64,000 nt of DNA, from assembly GCA_963677915.2 (NCBI GenBank), contig CAXXGE010000035.1, positions 5,130-69,129 on the forward strand. The letters are read 5' to 3'. The notes beneath the pieces were generated by a model that ran no database searches, had not been told where the DNA came from, and was given only the letters and a program-made list of their open reading frames with translations. This document shows positions 18,149-29,766 of this stretch, piece after piece. The position numbers and the translations under genes are program-made. Every line of letters starts with the position of its first letter. The first letter of the stretch is position 1. Source of the stretch: Vallitaleaceae bacterium. GTDB lineage: Bacteria; Bacillota; Clostridia; Lachnospirales; Vallitaleaceae.

Positions 18149-19401
18149 AATGATTCAATCCTTCCTATGTTTAATTGTGAAAGCCTGCCGACGAGTGACA
18201 AGCTCATTTTATCAAAGTCAATGATCCTTTTGGCAAACGCCATCAGGTTGACGGCTGTGACAGCGTCAAGCTGGTCAATAAGATCGTCTTGTGTGTCGAT
18301 CTTTCCAAGCATCAGTGCCGTTTTTCCGTAGCTCGACATCCTGTTGTTCATATTTTCAAAACCGATTATCAAGTTGCTTTTTATCTGCTGCTTGACCTGA
18401 AAAAGTTCCTTTTCAGAAACCCCTTTTTCCAGGAAGTCCTCAAGTTCCTTGATTGAATTGACAAGGACTTCCTCCACCTGAGATGGATTCGCAGCAGCAT
18501 AAACGTTGAATATGCCGGCTTCCAGAAACAGCTCGGTATAAGAATAGATGGAATAGGTCAGTCCTTTGTCTTCCCTGATGCCAAGGAAAAGCCTGGAATT
18601 GATACCGCCGCCTATGATCGTATTAAGTACATTAAGGAGTTGTCTTTCATCAGATGCGTATGAAATCGCCGGAAAGCTAAGGACCAGGTGAACCTGTTCA
18701 ATATCCTTCTCCCTATACTTGAAAACCCTGTTGTAAACGATTTCCACGGATTCCCTCGGCATCGGTTTGGTCGTCGGAATCTTATTGAATAGCCTTTCGA
18801 GTGTATCGATCAGCATTACACGGTCAACGTTTCCTACAACTGCCACCAGCATATTCCCAGCGACATAATGGGCACCGATATAGCTTTTCAGCTTTTCCTG
18901 GCTGAACTCGAGTATCTGCTCTTTCGATCCAAGAATGGTATTGGAGAGCCTGCTCCCTTCGAAAATAAGGTCCTCGAGCTGGTCGTGTACAATGTCTTCC
19001 GGGGCATCTTCACTCATTGCGATTTCTTCGGCGACAACGCCTTTTTCTTTTTCTATTTCTTCCTGTTTGAACGTACTGTTTTGAAGCATGTCCGCCAGAA
19101 TATCCACAGCAGCAACAAAATCCTCATCCAAGGTGTGTGCGTAATAGCATGTATATTCCTTGGCAGTGAAAGCATTGATCCTTCCGCCTACTTCTGCCAT
19201 TTTATCTGCTATGTCACGGGCACTTCTTGTATCAGTTCCCTTGAAGAGCATATGTTCCAAAAAGTGGGAAACACCTGCATCATCAGGTCCTTCATCAATC
19301 GACCCGTTCTTAATCCAAATGCCGATTGAGACACTCCGGAAATTTTCTATCTGCTCATAGACAACGCGAATGCCGTTGCTTAGTTCTTCTGCATGAATCA
19401 T
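18136..19401 (-). CDS. M16-family (pitrilysin-like) zinc peptidase
   Basis: [11 protein letters not shown] inverted zinc motif. The internal ATG at 19401 ([13 protein letters not shown]) is preferred over the track start at 19473. Confidence 0.88.
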   Translation of the reverse strand: MIHAEELSNGIRVVYEQIENFRSVSIGIWIKNGSIDEGPDDAGVSHFLEHMLFKGTDTRSARDIADKMAEVGGRINAFTAKEYTCYYAHTLDEDFVAAVDILADMLQNSTFKQEEIEKEKGVVAEEIAMSEDAPEDIVHDQLEDLIFEGSRLSNTILGSKEQILEFSQEKLKSYIGAHYVAGNMLVAVVGNVDRVMLIDTLERLFNKIPTTKPMPRESVEIVYNRVFKYREKDIEQVHLVLSFPAISYASDERQLLNVLNTIIGGGINSRLFLGIREDKGLTYSIYSYTELFLEAGIFNVYAAANPSQVEEVLVNSIKELEDFLEKGVSEKELFQVKQQIKSNLIIGFENMNNRMSSYGKTALMLGKIDTQDDLIDQLDAVTAVNLMAFAKRIIDFDKMSLSLVGRLSQLNIGRIESLCKK

Positions 19402-19488
19402 GCATGTCCTCCATAGGTACCTACCCGTACAAAAGTAAGAAATCCTATAAGCCCGCAGGCCTATAGGATTCATTGGTCATAATAATTT

Positions 19489-21579
19489 CTAGTCTTCCAA
19501 CAAAGCCCTGCGTGAAAGGTTGACACGACCTTGGTCGTCTATCTCAACAACTTTGACTTTGACTTCGTCTCCCATGCTGACAACATCTTCAACACGTGCC
19601 ACACGTTCCTTGGCAAGCTTGGAAATATGAACCAAGCCGTCTTTTCCAGGAACAAGTTCTACGAAGGCGCCAAATTTGGTGATGCGAACGACTTTTCCAG
19701 TATAGATATCGCCTACCTGAACACCGTTTGCAATTGTTTCAACAATCTTGAGCGCTTTCTGTGACATTTCATCATCTTTGCCAAGAATGAAGACACGTCC
19801 ATCATCTTCAATATCGATTTGTACACCTGTCTCATCAATGATCTTATTGATGACTTTACCCTTAGGACCAACCACTTCACCGATTTTCTCAGGATCGATT
19901 TGAGTCTGGATGATCTTTGGCGCATATGGTGAGAGGTTCTCTCTCGCTTCGCTGATGCATACGTTCATAGCATCATCAAGGATGTGCATGCGGGCTTTCT
20001 TCGTATTGTAGATTGCCTGCTCGACGACGGCATTGCTGATACCCTGGACTTTCATGTCCAGCTGGATAGCTGTGATACCGTCTTTTGTGCCGGCTACCTT
20101 GAAGTCCATATCACCGAAGAAATCTTCAAGACCCTGGATATCGGTCAGCAGAATGAAGTCATCATCTGTCTCACCGGTAACAAGTCCGCAGGATATGCCG
20201 GCAACCGGCTTCTTGAGAGGCACGCCTGCCGCCATCAGTGACAGCGAGCTTGCGCATATGCTTCCCTGTGATGTGGAACCGTTGGAGCTCACAACCTCGG
20301 AGACTGTCCTGATTGAGTATGGGAATTCTTCTTCAGAAGGCAGTACAGGGATGATCGCCTTTTCTGCCAACGCGCCGTGTCCGATTTCCCTTCTTCCAGG
20401 TCCTCTTGAAGGTCTTGTCTCACCTACCGAGTAGGATGGGAAATTGTAGTGGTGCATATAACGCTTGGAAGTAACCATGTCATCCAGTCCGTCGATTCTC
20501 TGCACTTCACTAAGCGCACCCAGCGTCGTCAGGGTAAGCACCTGTGTCTCACCGCGTGTGAACAGACCCGAACCGTGGGTTCTTGGAATGATATCGACTT
20601 CCGCAGAAAGCTTTCTTATTTCGTCAAGGGCACGGCCATCCGGACGTTTGTGGTCCTTCAGTATCATGCGGCGGACGGTTTTCTTCTGGTAGTTGTAGAC
20701 TGCTTCTTCAAGAAGTTCCAGCCACGCCTCGTTGTCGGCCCATGCTTCTTCAAGTTCTTCCTTGACTTTGGAAATCCTTTCGAAACGTACTGCCTTTTCA
20801 TCCGAGAACACTGCTTCTTCCATGCGCTTGTCTCCGATGATTTCTTTCATTGAAGCAAACACTTCTGCAGGAATGCTCACATCTTCGTATGACTGTTTTG
20901 GCTTTCCTTCTTTTTCAACAATTGTATTGATGAATTTGATCAGCTCAACATTCATCTCATGGCCTTTGAAAATACCCTGGATCATAACATCTTCAGGCAC
21001 TTCATTGGCTTCAGCCTCGATCATGGTGATTTTCTCTTCAGTGGAAACCACTGTGACGTACATCTCAGAACGCTCACGCTGGGATACTGTCGGATTGAAT
21101 ACATATTCGCCGTCGACAAGTCCGACAATGGTAGCGCCTGTAGGTCCCATGAATGGGATATCCGAGATGGAAAGTGCGATGGACGTACCAATCATAGCCG
21201 TCACTTCCGGCTGGTTGTCCTGCTCGACACTGAGCACAGTGTTCACGATGCCGCAGTCATTCCTGTAGTCTTTTGGGAACAAAGGCCTGATCGGGCGGTC
21301 GATGACGCGCGAAGTAAGGATGGAGTTCTCTGAAGGTCTTCCCTCACGTTTGATGAAACCTCCTGGGATTTTACCGATCGCGTAGGTTTTCTCTTCGTAG
21401 TCAACACTGAGAGGAAAAAAGTCGATACCTGGACGTGGCTTCTCTGAAGCGGTTGCAGTTGAAAGCACAACTGTATCACCGTAGCTTACGAGTGCAGCAC
21501 CATTGGCAAGACCGGCCATTTTGCCGATTTCCACTTTAAGTGTGCGGCCGAATAGGTCAGTTGAATAGATTCTAGACAT
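19489..21579 (-). CDS. pnp: Polyribonucleotide nucleotidyltransferase (PNPase)
   Basis: 696 aa with two RNase PH domains, a KH domain and an S1 domain ([20 protein letters not shown]). Confidence 0.97.
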   Translation of the reverse strand: MSRIYSTDLFGRTLKVEIGKMAGLANGAALVSYGDTVVLSTATASEKPRPGIDFFPLSVDYEEKTYAIGKIPGGFIKREGRPSENSILTSRVIDRPIRPLFPKDYRNDCGIVNTVLSVEQDNQPEVTAMIGTSIALSISDIPFMGPTGATIVGLVDGEYVFNPTVSQRERSEMYVTVVSTEEKITMIEAEANEVPEDVMIQGIFKGHEMNVELIKFINTIVEKEGKPKQSYEDVSIPAEVFASMKEIIGDKRMEEAVFSDEKAVRFERISKVKEELEEAWADNEAWLELLEEAVYNYQKKTVRRMILKDHKRPDGRALDEIRKLSAEVDIIPRTHGSGLFTRGETQVLTLTTLGALSEVQRIDGLDDMVTSKRYMHHYNFPSYSVGETRPSRGPGRREIGHGALAEKAIIPVLPSEEEFPYSIRTVSEVVSSNGSTSQGSICASSLSLMAAGVPLKKPVAGISCGLVTGETDDDFILLTDIQGLEDFFGDMDFKVAGTKDGITAIQLDMKVQGISNAVVEQAIYNTKKARMHILDDAMNVCISEARENLSPYAPKIIQTQIDPEKIGEVVGPKGKVINKIIDETGVQIDIEDDGRVFILGKDDEMSQKALKIVETIANGVQVGDIYTGKVVRITKFGAFVELVPGKDGLVHISKLAKERVARVEDVVSMGDEVKVKVVEIDDQGRVNLSRRALLED

Positions 21580-21616
21580 AAATGTCTCCTTTCCTGTCCA
21601 CCTTGGCGCCTTTAGC

Positions 21617-21662
21617 CTTTAGTCCAAAGGCTCAACACACGGGTTGAGCCCTTGGACTAGAG
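21617..21662 (-). promoter_or_regulatory. Long hairpin in the pnp 5' leader (20-bp stem, 2 mismatches)
   Basis: ctttagtccaaaggctcaac / gttgagcccttggactagag, about 40 nt upstream of the pnp ATG. Confidence 0.5.
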
Positions 21663-21708
21663 ACAAAAGGAATCCTGCCAGGTGGCAATTAAAATAAATG
21701 TTTGATAA

Positions 21709-21742
21709 CAAATGAAGTTACCTGTGATGGTAACTTCATTTG
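21709..21742 (-). terminator. rpsO terminator (14-bp perfect stem)
   Basis: caaatgaagttacc-tgtgat-ggtaacttcatttg, followed by T-rich sequence on the minus strand. Confidence 0.7.
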
Positions 21743-21764
21743 CTGACGGATTCGAAATCCGATG

Positions 21765-22028
21765 TTATCTTCTTAGTCCAAGTTCTGCGATCAGGCTACG
21801 ATATGACTCGATATCCTTTTCACTGAGATACTTAAGCAGACCTCTTCTTTGACCAACCATTTTCAGAAGCCCTCTTCTTGAGTGGTGGTCTTTCTTGTGC
21901 ATCTTCAGATGCTCAGTCAGGTGGTTGATTCTCCAAGTAAGGAGTGCAATCTGTACCTCCGGTGACCCTGTGTCCTGTTCATTTCTGCCGAATTTGGCAA
22001 TAATGTCGATTTTTGTTTGCTTATCCAT
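21765..22028 (-). CDS. rpsO: 30S ribosomal protein S15
   Basis: [50 protein letters not shown]. The internal ATG at 22028 has an AGGAGG RBS. Confidence 0.95.
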   Translation of the reverse strand: MDKQTKIDIIAKFGRNEQDTGSPEVQIALLTWRINHLTEHLKMHKKDHHSRRGLLKMVGQRRGLLKYLSEKDIESYRSLIAELGLRR

Positions 22029-22128
22029 GTTATTCCTCCTGTGTAAATATAGTAAGACCGCCTGATGCCAAGTTCTGGCTGGAGTGTCCAAGAGCTGAGC
22101 ATCGGCTAAACTTCCACTAGATATAGTA

Positions 22129-23070
22129 TCATAATTGGCTGTCGGTAGCAAGGGAAAAATAGGAATATAGGTTCTCCATATCCAGTTCTATCATGCGTTT
22201 GAGTTCATCCATGGATTCAAACTTCTTCTCTTTCCTCAAGAATTTCAAAAACTGGATTTCAATCAGCTCATCGTAGATCATTCTGTCAAAATCAAGAATA
22301 TAGGATTCAACAATCTTCTCCCTACTTCCAACCGTAGGTTTGTACCCGACATTGGTGATTGAACGGTAGCTGATGCCATCAACGATTGTGTTGGAGGCAT
22401 AGACCCCATTCGGCGGCAGAATCTTGCCCTGCGGTGTCGGGACGTTGGCAGTCGGAAAGCCGATTGTACGCCCAAGCGCCTGCCCGTGTTCAACCGTACC
22501 GTCGATGAAGAAGGGCCGACCGGCCAAAGCCATCGCCTTCTGCATGTTGCCTTCCCGAACTTCCTCGCGAAGCCAGGTGCTGCTCACTTCCCTGTCATCC
22601 ATCTCGAGTTTCTTGATGGCAATGACATCAAAGCCATGTTGCTCTCCGAGTTCCTGCAGCAATTCAACATCTCCTGCGCGTCTGGTACCAAACCTGTAGT
22701 CCGTTCCAACGACAACCACTTTCGCATTCAGCTGACTGCAGATGATGTCTTCAACAAAATCATGGGCATCCATAGCCGCCGTTTCCATGTTGAAGGGAAA
22801 CTCGATATAGTAATCAATGCCCAGTTCCTCTACGACCTTTATCTTTTCAAGGGGCATATAAATCAGGTCAACCGGCAGCTTTTTCCCCAATACGTAAGAT
22901 GGATGGGGTTCGAAAGTGAAAAAAGCGGTAGAAAGCCCCGTTTCCTTTTCGATACCAAGCGCCTTTTCTATCAGCAGCATATGCCCTTTATGAATGCCGT
23001 CGAAATTTCCAAGTACGACAACACTCTCAGGTATTTCAAATTTCTTGGTTCTTATGACTTTTTTAATCAT
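22129..23070 (-). CDS. ribF: Bifunctional riboflavin kinase / FMN adenylyltransferase
   Basis: 313 aa, ...[12 protein letters not shown]... and C-terminal GFPTAN... Confidence 0.93.
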   Translation of the reverse strand: MIKKVIRTKKFEIPESVVVLGNFDGIHKGHMLLIEKALGIEKETGLSTAFFTFEPHPSYVLGKKLPVDLIYMPLEKIKVVEELGIDYYIEFPFNMETAAMDAHDFVEDIICSQLNAKVVVVGTDYRFGTRRAGDVELLQELGEQHGFDVIAIKKLEMDDREVSSTWLREEVREGNMQKAMALAGRPFFIDGTVEHGQALGRTIGFPTANVPTPQGKILPPNGVYASNTIVDGISYRSITNVGYKPTVGSREKIVESYILDFDRMIYDELIEIQFLKFLRKEKKFESMDELKRMIELDMENLYSYFSLATDSQL

Positions 23071-23080
23071 ATCGATACCT

Positions 23081-23980
23081 CTATATGAACAGTTTTACCG
23101 GTTTGAATCGGCTCTCTTCTGATTTGAAAACATACAAGCCGATATATCGTTCCTCGCCGTCATAAATATTGTATCTGACATTATCATCGAATGGCAACTT
23201 TTCTTCGACAGCCTCCGGCGGAAGCTTGTTACCATTTATAAGCGCCTTCCCGAACGCATCGATCACATGCAGTTTCAGAAAATCAGGGAACATGCTGTCG
23301 ATAGGACGGATAGCCGCAGCCAGTCCCCCTGATTCTGACAGCGCCCGGACCTCGTCAAGTGTAAGGCTGTCATCCACTGAAAAAGGGCCTGATTGAGTTC
23401 GCTCCAGCTCTGTCATGTGTGCACCGCATCCCAATGCATTCCCAATATCATGGCACAGGGTCCTTATATAAGTGCCCTTCGAGCAGACAACCCTCATGCT
23501 TGCAATGTTCCCGTCAAGTGCCAGCTGGTCAATCACGTGGACCATGACAGGTCTCGCCTTGCGTTCCACTGTTTTCCCCTGCCTTGCCAGTTCATACAGC
23601 CTTTTCCCATTGACCTTGACAGCTGAGAACATTGGCGGCACCTGCATCAATTCCCCTGTAAAGCCTGCTGCAGCCGACACCAGGTCATCGAGTCCAATAC
23701 CCGATGCATCTTTTGTCTGAACGACTTCACCGGTATGGTCCTGGGTATCCGTTTCGATTCCCAGACAAAATTTGGCCAGATAGGTTTTCTCTTTATCAAC
23801 AAGGTATTCCGCTAGTTTCGTTGCCTTGCCCAGACAGACCGGCAGGACACCTGTCGCCTCAGGATCCAGGGTACCGGTATGTCCGATGCGCTTCATCTTC
23901 AGAATTCCTCTCAGGACTGCAACGACATCGTGGCTGGTATATCCTTTTTCCTTATATATGTTGATGATTCCATTATACAA
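23081..23980 (-). CDS. truB: tRNA pseudouridine(55) synthase
   Basis: ...NGIINIYKEKGYTSHDVV...GHTGTLDP.A.GVLPV... A probable TTG start at 23980 overlaps the nrnA stop; the track ORF extends to 24025. Confidence 0.9.
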   Translation of the reverse strand: MYNGIINIYKEKGYTSHDVVAVLRGILKMKRIGHTGTLDPEATGVLPVCLGKATKLAEYLVDKEKTYLAKFCLGIETDTQDHTGEVVQTKDASGIGLDDLVSAAAGFTGELMQVPPMFSAVKVNGKRLYELARQGKTVERKARPVMVHVIDQLALDGNIASMRVVCSKGTYIRTLCHDIGNALGCGAHMTELERTQSGPFSVDDSLTLDEVRALSESGGLAAAIRPIDSMFPDFLKLHVIDAFGKALINGNKLPPEAVEEKLPFDDNVRYNIYDGEERYIGLYVFKSEESRFKPVKLFI

Positions 23981-24932
23981 ATTGCTTCCCCATCTCTTCA
24001 AGAATGGATGTCTTGACGGTGTCAAGGTCGCCTTCTACGGTGCAGCCTGCGGCCTTGATATGCCCTCCGCCGCCAAAAGCCATGGCTACCCTGCAGACAT
24101 CGATTGAACCTTTTGACCGCATGCTCGCCTTGAAGACGCCTTTCTCCGTTTCATAAAGAAAAAGGCTTGCATCGCACTCTTTTATCTCGTTCATTTTCTG
24201 AACAATTCCCTCGCCATTGCCTTTGGTGATGCCGAGTTCGTCGCTGTCTTCGGCAGTAATGACCGTAATTGCCACTCTGCCGTCAATCGCGTTTTCAAGG
24301 CTGTTGAAAGCCCTGCCAAATGCTTGTGCGTCTTTGAAACTCTTCGAGAAATACATGTTGTCGATCATCCAGGAGAATGGGATGCCATGTCCCATCAGCC
24401 GGCCTGCGATGGCCATCGTTTTTGCCGATGTATTGTCATGCTTGAAGCACCCCGTATCGTAGATGATACCTGTATAAAGCGCCTCGGCAACCTCTTTGTC
24501 AATCAGGTGGCTATGGCCGTCATCAATCATTTCATAGATGATTTCGCTTGTCGAACTGGCATCCGCTGCTACATGCGAATAGTCGCCATAGCAGCTGTTG
24601 CTCGTGTGATGGTCGATGTTGACTGTAACAGCTGCAGTTTCGAAGCTTTCATTCATATGCCCCAGACGCTTCTCATCGCCGCTGTCGACGATGATCAGCA
24701 GTTCCGGCTTTGCAGGCACATCTTCCAACACGTATTTGTCAACAGGAAGATAACGCATGTTGTCCGGGATGTCCCTCAGGGTCACTTTGACCGGGACGCC
24801 AGCCTTTTCAAGCACCATGGCAAGACCAAGAGCAGCACCGATGCAGTCGCCGTCCGGATAGACATGGCCTGTAATCCATATATCATGTTTACCTTCGCAC
24901 AAAGCAAGGATATCAGACAGTTTCATCTTCAT
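23973..24932 (-). CDS. nrnA: DHH/DHHA1 phosphoesterase (oligoribonuclease/pAp phosphatase NrnA type)
   Basis: ...GHVYPDGDCIGA...DHH TSNS...GGGH motifs. The start is uncertain (24932 or 24926). Confidence 0.85.
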   Translation of the reverse strand: MKMKLSDILALCEGKHDIWITGHVYPDGDCIGAALGLAMVLEKAGVPVKVTLRDIPDNMRYLPVDKYVLEDVPAKPELLIIVDSGDEKRLGHMNESFETAAVTVNIDHHTSNSCYGDYSHVAADASSTSEIIYEMIDDGHSHLIDKEVAEALYTGIIYDTGCFKHDNTSAKTMAIAGRLMGHGIPFSWMIDNMYFSKSFKDAQAFGRAFNSLENAIDGRVAITVITAEDSDELGITKGNGEGIVQKMNEIKECDASLFLYETEKGVFKASMRSKGSIDVCRVAMAFGGGGHIKAAGCTVEGDLDTVKTSILEEMGKQFV

Positions 24933-25326
24933 CCGCTTCTTCAATTCGATGCTTGGCAACCTCCTCATCGTGGGCTGCCACATCGTTGATCAACGTTGAC
25001 AGGTGAACGCCATACTCTATGGAATGGTCCAGAACAAAATGGAGTTCCGGCGTGTTTCTCAAGTTGCACGTTCTGGCAATCTCTTTTCTTATGAAGCCGG
25101 AGGAATGTTTAATTCCCTCCAGCGTATCGTTTTGTTTTTCTTCATCGCCGATGACACTGATATACACCTTGCAGAACTTCAAATCCGGTGTTGTGTCTAC
25201 TTTGACGACAGAAGTCATTGAATCAACCCTTGGATCTTTGAGGCCGGAGCGAATGATATTGCTCAGCTCATGTTTAATCTCTTCGTTGATCCGAATGATT
25301 CTATGGCTGTTTTTTTTCATTGTCAA
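24913..25326 (-). CDS. rbfA: Ribosome-binding factor A
   Basis: ...RINEEIKHELSNIIR..LKDPR... upstream-conserved position after infB. It has an acidic C-terminal extension. Confidence 0.9.
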   Translation of the reverse strand: MTMKKNSHRIIRINEEIKHELSNIIRSGLKDPRVDSMTSVVKVDTTPDLKFCKVYISVIGDEEKQNDTLEGIKHSSGFIRKEIARTCNLRNTPELHFVLDHSIEYGVHLSTLINDVAAHDEEVAKHRIEEADEDETV

Positions 25327-25335
25327 TCACCTCTA

Positions 25336-27477
25336 TTATCTTGGTATCTCTTCCATGATGAAGGCTTCTACTATATCGCCTTCCTTGATGTCGTTGTATT
25401 TTTCCAGCATGATACCGCACTCGTAGCCTGCTCTTACTTCCTTGACGTCATCCTTGAAACGCTTCAGGGAAGCCAGGTCGCCTTCGAACAGGACGATGCC
25501 GTCTCTGACCAGTCGTACCTGTGAGCCTCTCTGGATATAGCCGTCCAGAACATAGGCACCACCGATGCTTCCTACGCCGGATACCTTGTAGATTTGACGT
25601 ATTTCAACATGTCCGATTACTTTCTCCTTGTAGATCGGATCCAGCATGCCTTTCATTGCAGCTTCGATATCTTCAATCGCATTGTAGATGACTCTGTAGA
25701 GACGGATGTCGATTTCCTCATCTTCCGCCTTTTGTTTCGCGGAGTTCTCCGGCCTTACGTTAAAGCCGATGATGATTGCGTTGGAAGCCGAAGCCAGCAT
25801 GACATCGGACTCGTTGATGGCACCGACGGCCCCGTGAATGATCTTGATGACGACCTCTTCATTGGACAGCTTGACAAGGCTTTGCTTGACCGCTTCCACA
25901 GACCCCTGTACATCGGCCTTGACAACCAGGTTGAGCTCTTTCATCTCACCGGCCTGGATCTGATGGAACAGATCATCCAGCGTGACTTTATGCTGTGTTA
26001 CCTGAAGGAGTTTTTCCCTGTCAGTCGCCTTCACTTTTTCTGCGATATGACGCGCTTCTCTTTCATTTTTAGCTTCATAGATCGCATCACCTGCCACCGG
26101 CACTTCCGAGAGCCCCAGAATCTCTACCGGTGTGGATGGACCGGCGCTTTTGACCCTATGGCCCTTGTCATCAATCATGGCACGGATTTTACCGAATGCC
26201 GTTCCGCACACAACCGGCGTGCCGACAGTAAGCGTTCCCTGCTGGACAAGTACGGTTGCTACAGGCCCTCTTCCTTTGTCAAGCTGTGCTTCGATGATCA
26301 CACCTTTTGCGCTATTGTAAGGACTTGCCTTGTATTCTTCCATCTCAGCTACGAGAAGAATCATATCCAGCAGCTGGTCAAGATTTGTTTTCTCTATTGC
26401 AGACACGTTAACGCAAATAGTCTCTCCGCCCCATGCTTCTGCTAGCAAGCCGTGCTCTGCAAGCTCCTGGAGCACCCTGTCAGGATTTGCGCCCGGTTTG
26501 TCGATTTTGTTGACGGCAACAATGATTTGCACGCCTGCTGCCTTAGCATGGTTGATCGCCTCGACAGTCTGTGGCATAACGCCGTCGTCAGCTGCAACGA
26601 CAAGGATTGCGATATCTGTTGCCATCGCACCTCTGAGCCTCATTGCTGTGAAGGCTTCGTGTCCAGGCGTATCCAGGAAAGTAATCTTGTTTCCATTCCA
26701 GTCGATGACGGATGCACCGATATGCTGTGTGATGCCGCCGTGCTCGCCGGCTGTTACATGGGATTGTCTGATTGCATCAAGGAGGGAAGTCTTACCATGG
26801 TCAACGTGGCCCATGACAACAACGACCGGCGAACGCGGTTCAAGCTCGCCTTCTTCCACTTCCGGCTCTTCGAAATATTCCTCAAGAAGGTCTTTCTCCT
26901 TCTCTTTCTCGACAAGTATGCCGAATTCTTCTGCCACTTCTGTTGCAAGCGCGTAATTGATTTCCTGATTGGCTGAAGCCATGATACCTCTCAGCATAAG
27001 CTTCTTGACAATCTCGGAAACCTGCACTTCCAGCTTGTCTGCCAGCACACTGACAAGCACGGAATCTCCTACTTGAATGATGCCTTCTTCTGCAGCCGTA
27101 AGTACTTTTTCCTTCACTTCGTAACGTTTTTTACCACGTTTTTCATACTTCTTGCCGTCAGCCCCAACTTCAATCTTGCTCTTTTTCTCTGGTTTCTGTT
27201 CCTGCGCTGGTTTTGGCTTGGCCTGAACCGCCTCTTTTTTCTTAACGACCTGACTCTTTATTTTTTCCGTTTTCGCTGGTTCTGCGACTTCTGTCGGATC
27301 TGCTTCCATGGCGTCGATTGTAAGATCGTAGTATTCCAGTATCGTCTCCGTCTCTTCGTCGCTCAATGTACTCATATGATTTTTGACTTCAATTTCGAAC
27401 TCTTCCAGCGTTTTAATCAAATCCTTGTTGCTGATGCCAACATGCTTGGCAATGTCGTAAACTCTGTATTTTGACAT
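25336..27477 (-). CDS. infB: Translation initiation factor IF-2
   Basis: 713 aa with G-domain [24 protein letters not shown] and NKID. Confidence 0.97.
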   Translation of the reverse strand: MSKYRVYDIAKHVGISNKDLIKTLEEFEIEVKNHMSTLSDEETETILEYYDLTIDAMEADPTEVAEPAKTEKIKSQVVKKKEAVQAKPKPAQEQKPEKKSKIEVGADGKKYEKRGKKRYEVKEKVLTAAEEGIIQVGDSVLVSVLADKLEVQVSEIVKKLMLRGIMASANQEINYALATEVAEEFGILVEKEKEKDLLEEYFEEPEVEEGELEPRSPVVVVMGHVDHGKTSLLDAIRQSHVTAGEHGGITQHIGASVIDWNGNKITFLDTPGHEAFTAMRLRGAMATDIAILVVAADDGVMPQTVEAINHAKAAGVQIIVAVNKIDKPGANPDRVLQELAEHGLLAEAWGGETICVNVSAIEKTNLDQLLDMILLVAEMEEYKASPYNSAKGVIIEAQLDKGRGPVATVLVQQGTLTVGTPVVCGTAFGKIRAMIDDKGHRVKSAGPSTPVEILGLSEVPVAGDAIYEAKNEREARHIAEKVKATDREKLLQVTQHKVTLDDLFHQIQAGEMKELNLVVKADVQGSVEAVKQSLVKLSNEEVVIKIIHGAVGAINESDVMLASASNAIIIGFNVRPENSAKQKAEDEEIDIRLYRVIYNAIEDIEAAMKGMLDPIYKEKVIGHVEIRQIYKVSGVGSIGGAYVLDGYIQRGSQVRLVRDGIVLFEGDLASLKRFKDDVKEVRAGYECGIMLEKYNDIKEGDIVEAFIMEEIPR

Positions 27478-27499
27478 TGTTGCACCTCCGTCTTTCGTA

Positions 27500-27799
27500 C
27501 TATTTCATTAGTTTCTCCAAGATGGATTTTGCAAAACTATCGTCACATATTCCGATTGAGGCCCTGTATTCTTTTCCAATACAGCTCCCCAGGGCAATCT
27601 TGTCCTTGTACTCGACATAGGGTATGTTCCTGTAGTCGGTCATGTTTCTGAACTTCTTCTTGGTATTCTCGGAGGCATCCCCCGCGACGATAACAAGTTT
27701 GACAGTTCCTTGCTTCAATCCCGTTTCTACTGGAAATTCACCGGAAACCAGTTTTCCGGCTTTCATACATAGGCCGATCATAGCTAATGCTTTATCCAA
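27500..27799 (-). CDS. ylxQ: L7Ae-family RNA-binding protein YlxQ
   Basis: ...[17 protein letters not shown]... A probable TTG start at 27799 lies 10 nt after AAGGAG and overlaps the ylxR stop. The upstream part of the track ORF is out of context. Confidence 0.75.
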   Translation of the reverse strand: MDKALAMIGLCMKAGKLVSGEFPVETGLKQGTVKLVIVAGDASENTKKKFRNMTDYRNIPYVEYKDKIALGSCIGKEYRASIGICDDSFAKSILEKLMK

Positions 27800-28061
27800 T
27801 TTCTTCCAGCTCCTTACGCAGCAGCTGCGCCACTTCTTCAGGAACAGACATTTTGAAAGATCTTTCCAATCCCTTGTTCCTGATGGCTTTATCAAGGCAT
27901 TCCATATTTTTGCATATGTAGGCGCCCCGTCCGTTTTTCTTGCCTGTCGGATCGATGGAGAAGTTTCCATCCTGATCCTTCACGACACGGATCAATTCCT
28001 TTTTTTCCTTCATTTCCTGACAACCCAGACATTTTCTGAACGGCGTTTTCTTTGCCATCAT
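27792..28061 (-). CDS. ylxR: YlxR/RnpM (DUF448) RNA-binding protein
   Basis: ...RKCLGCQEMKEKKELIRVV...DPTGKKNGRGAYIC... Confidence 0.88.
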   Translation of the reverse strand: MMAKKTPFRKCLGCQEMKEKKELIRVVKDQDGNFSIDPTGKKNGRGAYICKNMECLDKAIRNKGLERSFKMSVPEEVAQLLRKELEEIG

Positions 28062-29180
28062 CTATTCCTCTGATTCCGCGCTTTCATCGGCATCTTCAAA
28101 AAGAACTTCAGTTTCGACCGCGGGTTTCGGAGCTAGGAAATCCGTTTCCTTGGCCTGTGTTTCGCTCTTGATATCGATTCTATAGCCTGTCAGTTTGGCT
28201 GCAAGACGCGCATTCTGTCCTTCCTTACCGATTGCCAGCGACAGCTGATAATCCGGAACGACAACCCGTGCACTCTTTTCATCCTCATCCACGACAACCT
28301 TAACAACCTTGGATGGGCTGAGGGCCGCCGATATGAACGATGCCGAATCTTCGTTCCAAGGTATGATATCGATTTTTTCACCTTTCAGCTCATGGACGAT
28401 GATGCTTACCCTGGAACCGTTGTGACCGACGCAGGCACCTACAGGATCCACATCTTCATTGTTCGAGAATACAGCCATCTTTGTTCTGGATCCGGCTTCA
28501 CGTGATATGGACTTGATTTCTACAGTCCCGTCGTGTACTTCCGGCACTTCCTGTTCAAAAAGGCGCTTGATCAACTCAGGATGGGTTCTGGAAACGTAGA
28601 TTTTTGGCCCTTTAGTAGAATCTTTAACTTCAACCACATAAACCTTAACACGTTCATTGGTAGCGTATGTTTCGCCAGGAACCTGCTCCTTCTCAGTCAT
28701 CATCGCATCCACTTTTCCAAGGTTTACAACGACGTTGTTCTTGACATAACGCTGCACGATGCCTGTCACAACTTCCTTTTCCTTGGAGATGTACTGGCCG
28801 AAAAGCACTTCTCTTTCAGCTTCCCTTATTTTCTGCACGACAACCTGCTTGGCTTTCTGGGCTGCTATTCTGCCGAAATTCTTTGGCTTGATCGGAATCT
28901 GGCAAATATCTCCCACTTTGTAAGTCGGGTCAATTTCCAGCGCTTTTTCCAACGTGATTTCAAGTTCGTCATCTTCTACTTCCACAACAATTTCTTTTTC
29001 AGCGTAAACGCTCATATCGCCGTTTTCCCTGTCGATATCGACTTTGACATTCATGGAAGCGCCGTAATTGTTTTTACATGCGGTAATCAGCGAATTTTCT
29101 ATAGCTTCGAGCAACACGTCTTTATCGATGCCCTTTTCCTTTTCGATCTGGTCCAATGCCTGAATAAATTCAGCATTCAT
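28062..29180 (-). CDS. nusA: Transcription termination/antitermination factor NusA
   Basis: 372 aa with an S1 domain and two KH domains (...LAIGKEGQNARLAAKLTG..IDI). Confidence 0.96.
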   Translation of the reverse strand: MNAEFIQALDQIEKEKGIDKDVLLEAIENSLITACKNNYGASMNVKVDIDRENGDMSVYAEKEIVVEVEDDELEITLEKALEIDPTYKVGDICQIPIKPKNFGRIAAQKAKQVVVQKIREAEREVLFGQYISKEKEVVTGIVQRYVKNNVVVNLGKVDAMMTEKEQVPGETYATNERVKVYVVEVKDSTKGPKIYVSRTHPELIKRLFEQEVPEVHDGTVEIKSISREAGSRTKMAVFSNNEDVDPVGACVGHNGSRVSIIVHELKGEKIDIIPWNEDSASFISAALSPSKVVKVVVDEDEKSARVVVPDYQLSLAIGKEGQNARLAAKLTGYRIDIKSETQAKETDFLAPKPAVETEVLFEDADESAESEE

Positions 29181-29203
29181 TTCTCTTATCCTCCTAATCC
29201 AAT

Positions 29204-29668
29204 TTAGAATTCGAACGCCAGGCGGATTAATGCGATGGCGGAACGTTCAATTGTTACCAACTCACTGTCGACACGAATTTCGACGGTATCATCTGTGAAT
29301 CCTTCAAGTATTCCTTCGTAAAGCTTGGAACCGTTAAGCGGCTTGTATAGCTTGACTTCCACTTTCCTGCCTATACTGCGCTTGAAGTCTTTCTCCTTTT
29401 TAAGCGGCCTGTCAAGACCAGGAGAGCTGACCTCCAGTATATAACCGTCCTTGATTGGATTGTTTTCTTCCATCTTTGCGTCAAGGGCACGGCTCACCGT
29501 CTCGCAGTCATTGATGAAAATGCCGCCTTCCTTGTCTACGTATACACGCAAATACCATTGTCCCATTTCCTTGAGATATTCCACATCGACAAGTTCAAAG
29601 CCATGTTCGTCAACGATGGGCTGCACCAGTCCTTCTACATAGGTTTCGATGTCCAGTTTTTTAGACAC
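29204..29668 (-). CDS. rimP: Ribosome maturation factor RimP (GTG start)
   Basis: ...LEVSSPGLDRPL... signature; first gene of the nusA-infB operon. Confidence 0.9.
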   Translation of the reverse strand: MSKKLDIETYVEGLVQPIVDEHGFELVDVEYLKEMGQWYLRVYVDKEGGIFINDCETVSRALDAKMEENNPIKDGYILEVSSPGLDRPLKKEKDFKRSIGRKVEVKLYKPLNGSKLYEGILEGFTDDTVEIRVDSELVTIERSAIALIRLAFEF

Positions 29669-29715
29669 TGTTTCACATCCTTTCGACAGTCGGTCTTTTA
29701 CGAAAGCAAATAATA

Positions 29716-29738
29716 AGAGTGGACCGAAAGTCCACTCT
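29716..29738 (-). terminator. Leader hairpin with an interrupted U-tract between the operon promoter and rimP (candidate NusA-dependent attenuator)
   Basis: agagtggac-cgaaa-gtccactct, then TATTATTTGCTTT on the minus strand. It lies downstream of the predicted promoter at 29767-29795. Confidence 0.55.
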
Positions 29739-29766
29739 AGTTTAAGATGCTATGTAATTCTTGATA

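Noticed and set aside
25594-26445. Long plus-strand ORFs antisense to well-supported minus-strand genes. Examples: 283 aa opposite infB here, 40330..41238 opposite ffh, 36236..37057 opposite rbgA, 41951..42727 opposite the methyltransferase, 7348..8034 opposite hisD, and 34635..35447 opposite pgeF/yraN.
   Set aside because: Each lies entirely inside a gene with unmistakable family motifs on the other strand. The translations are low-complexity or Cys/His/Arg-rich with no recognisable motifs and no RBS. These are typical shadow ORFs.
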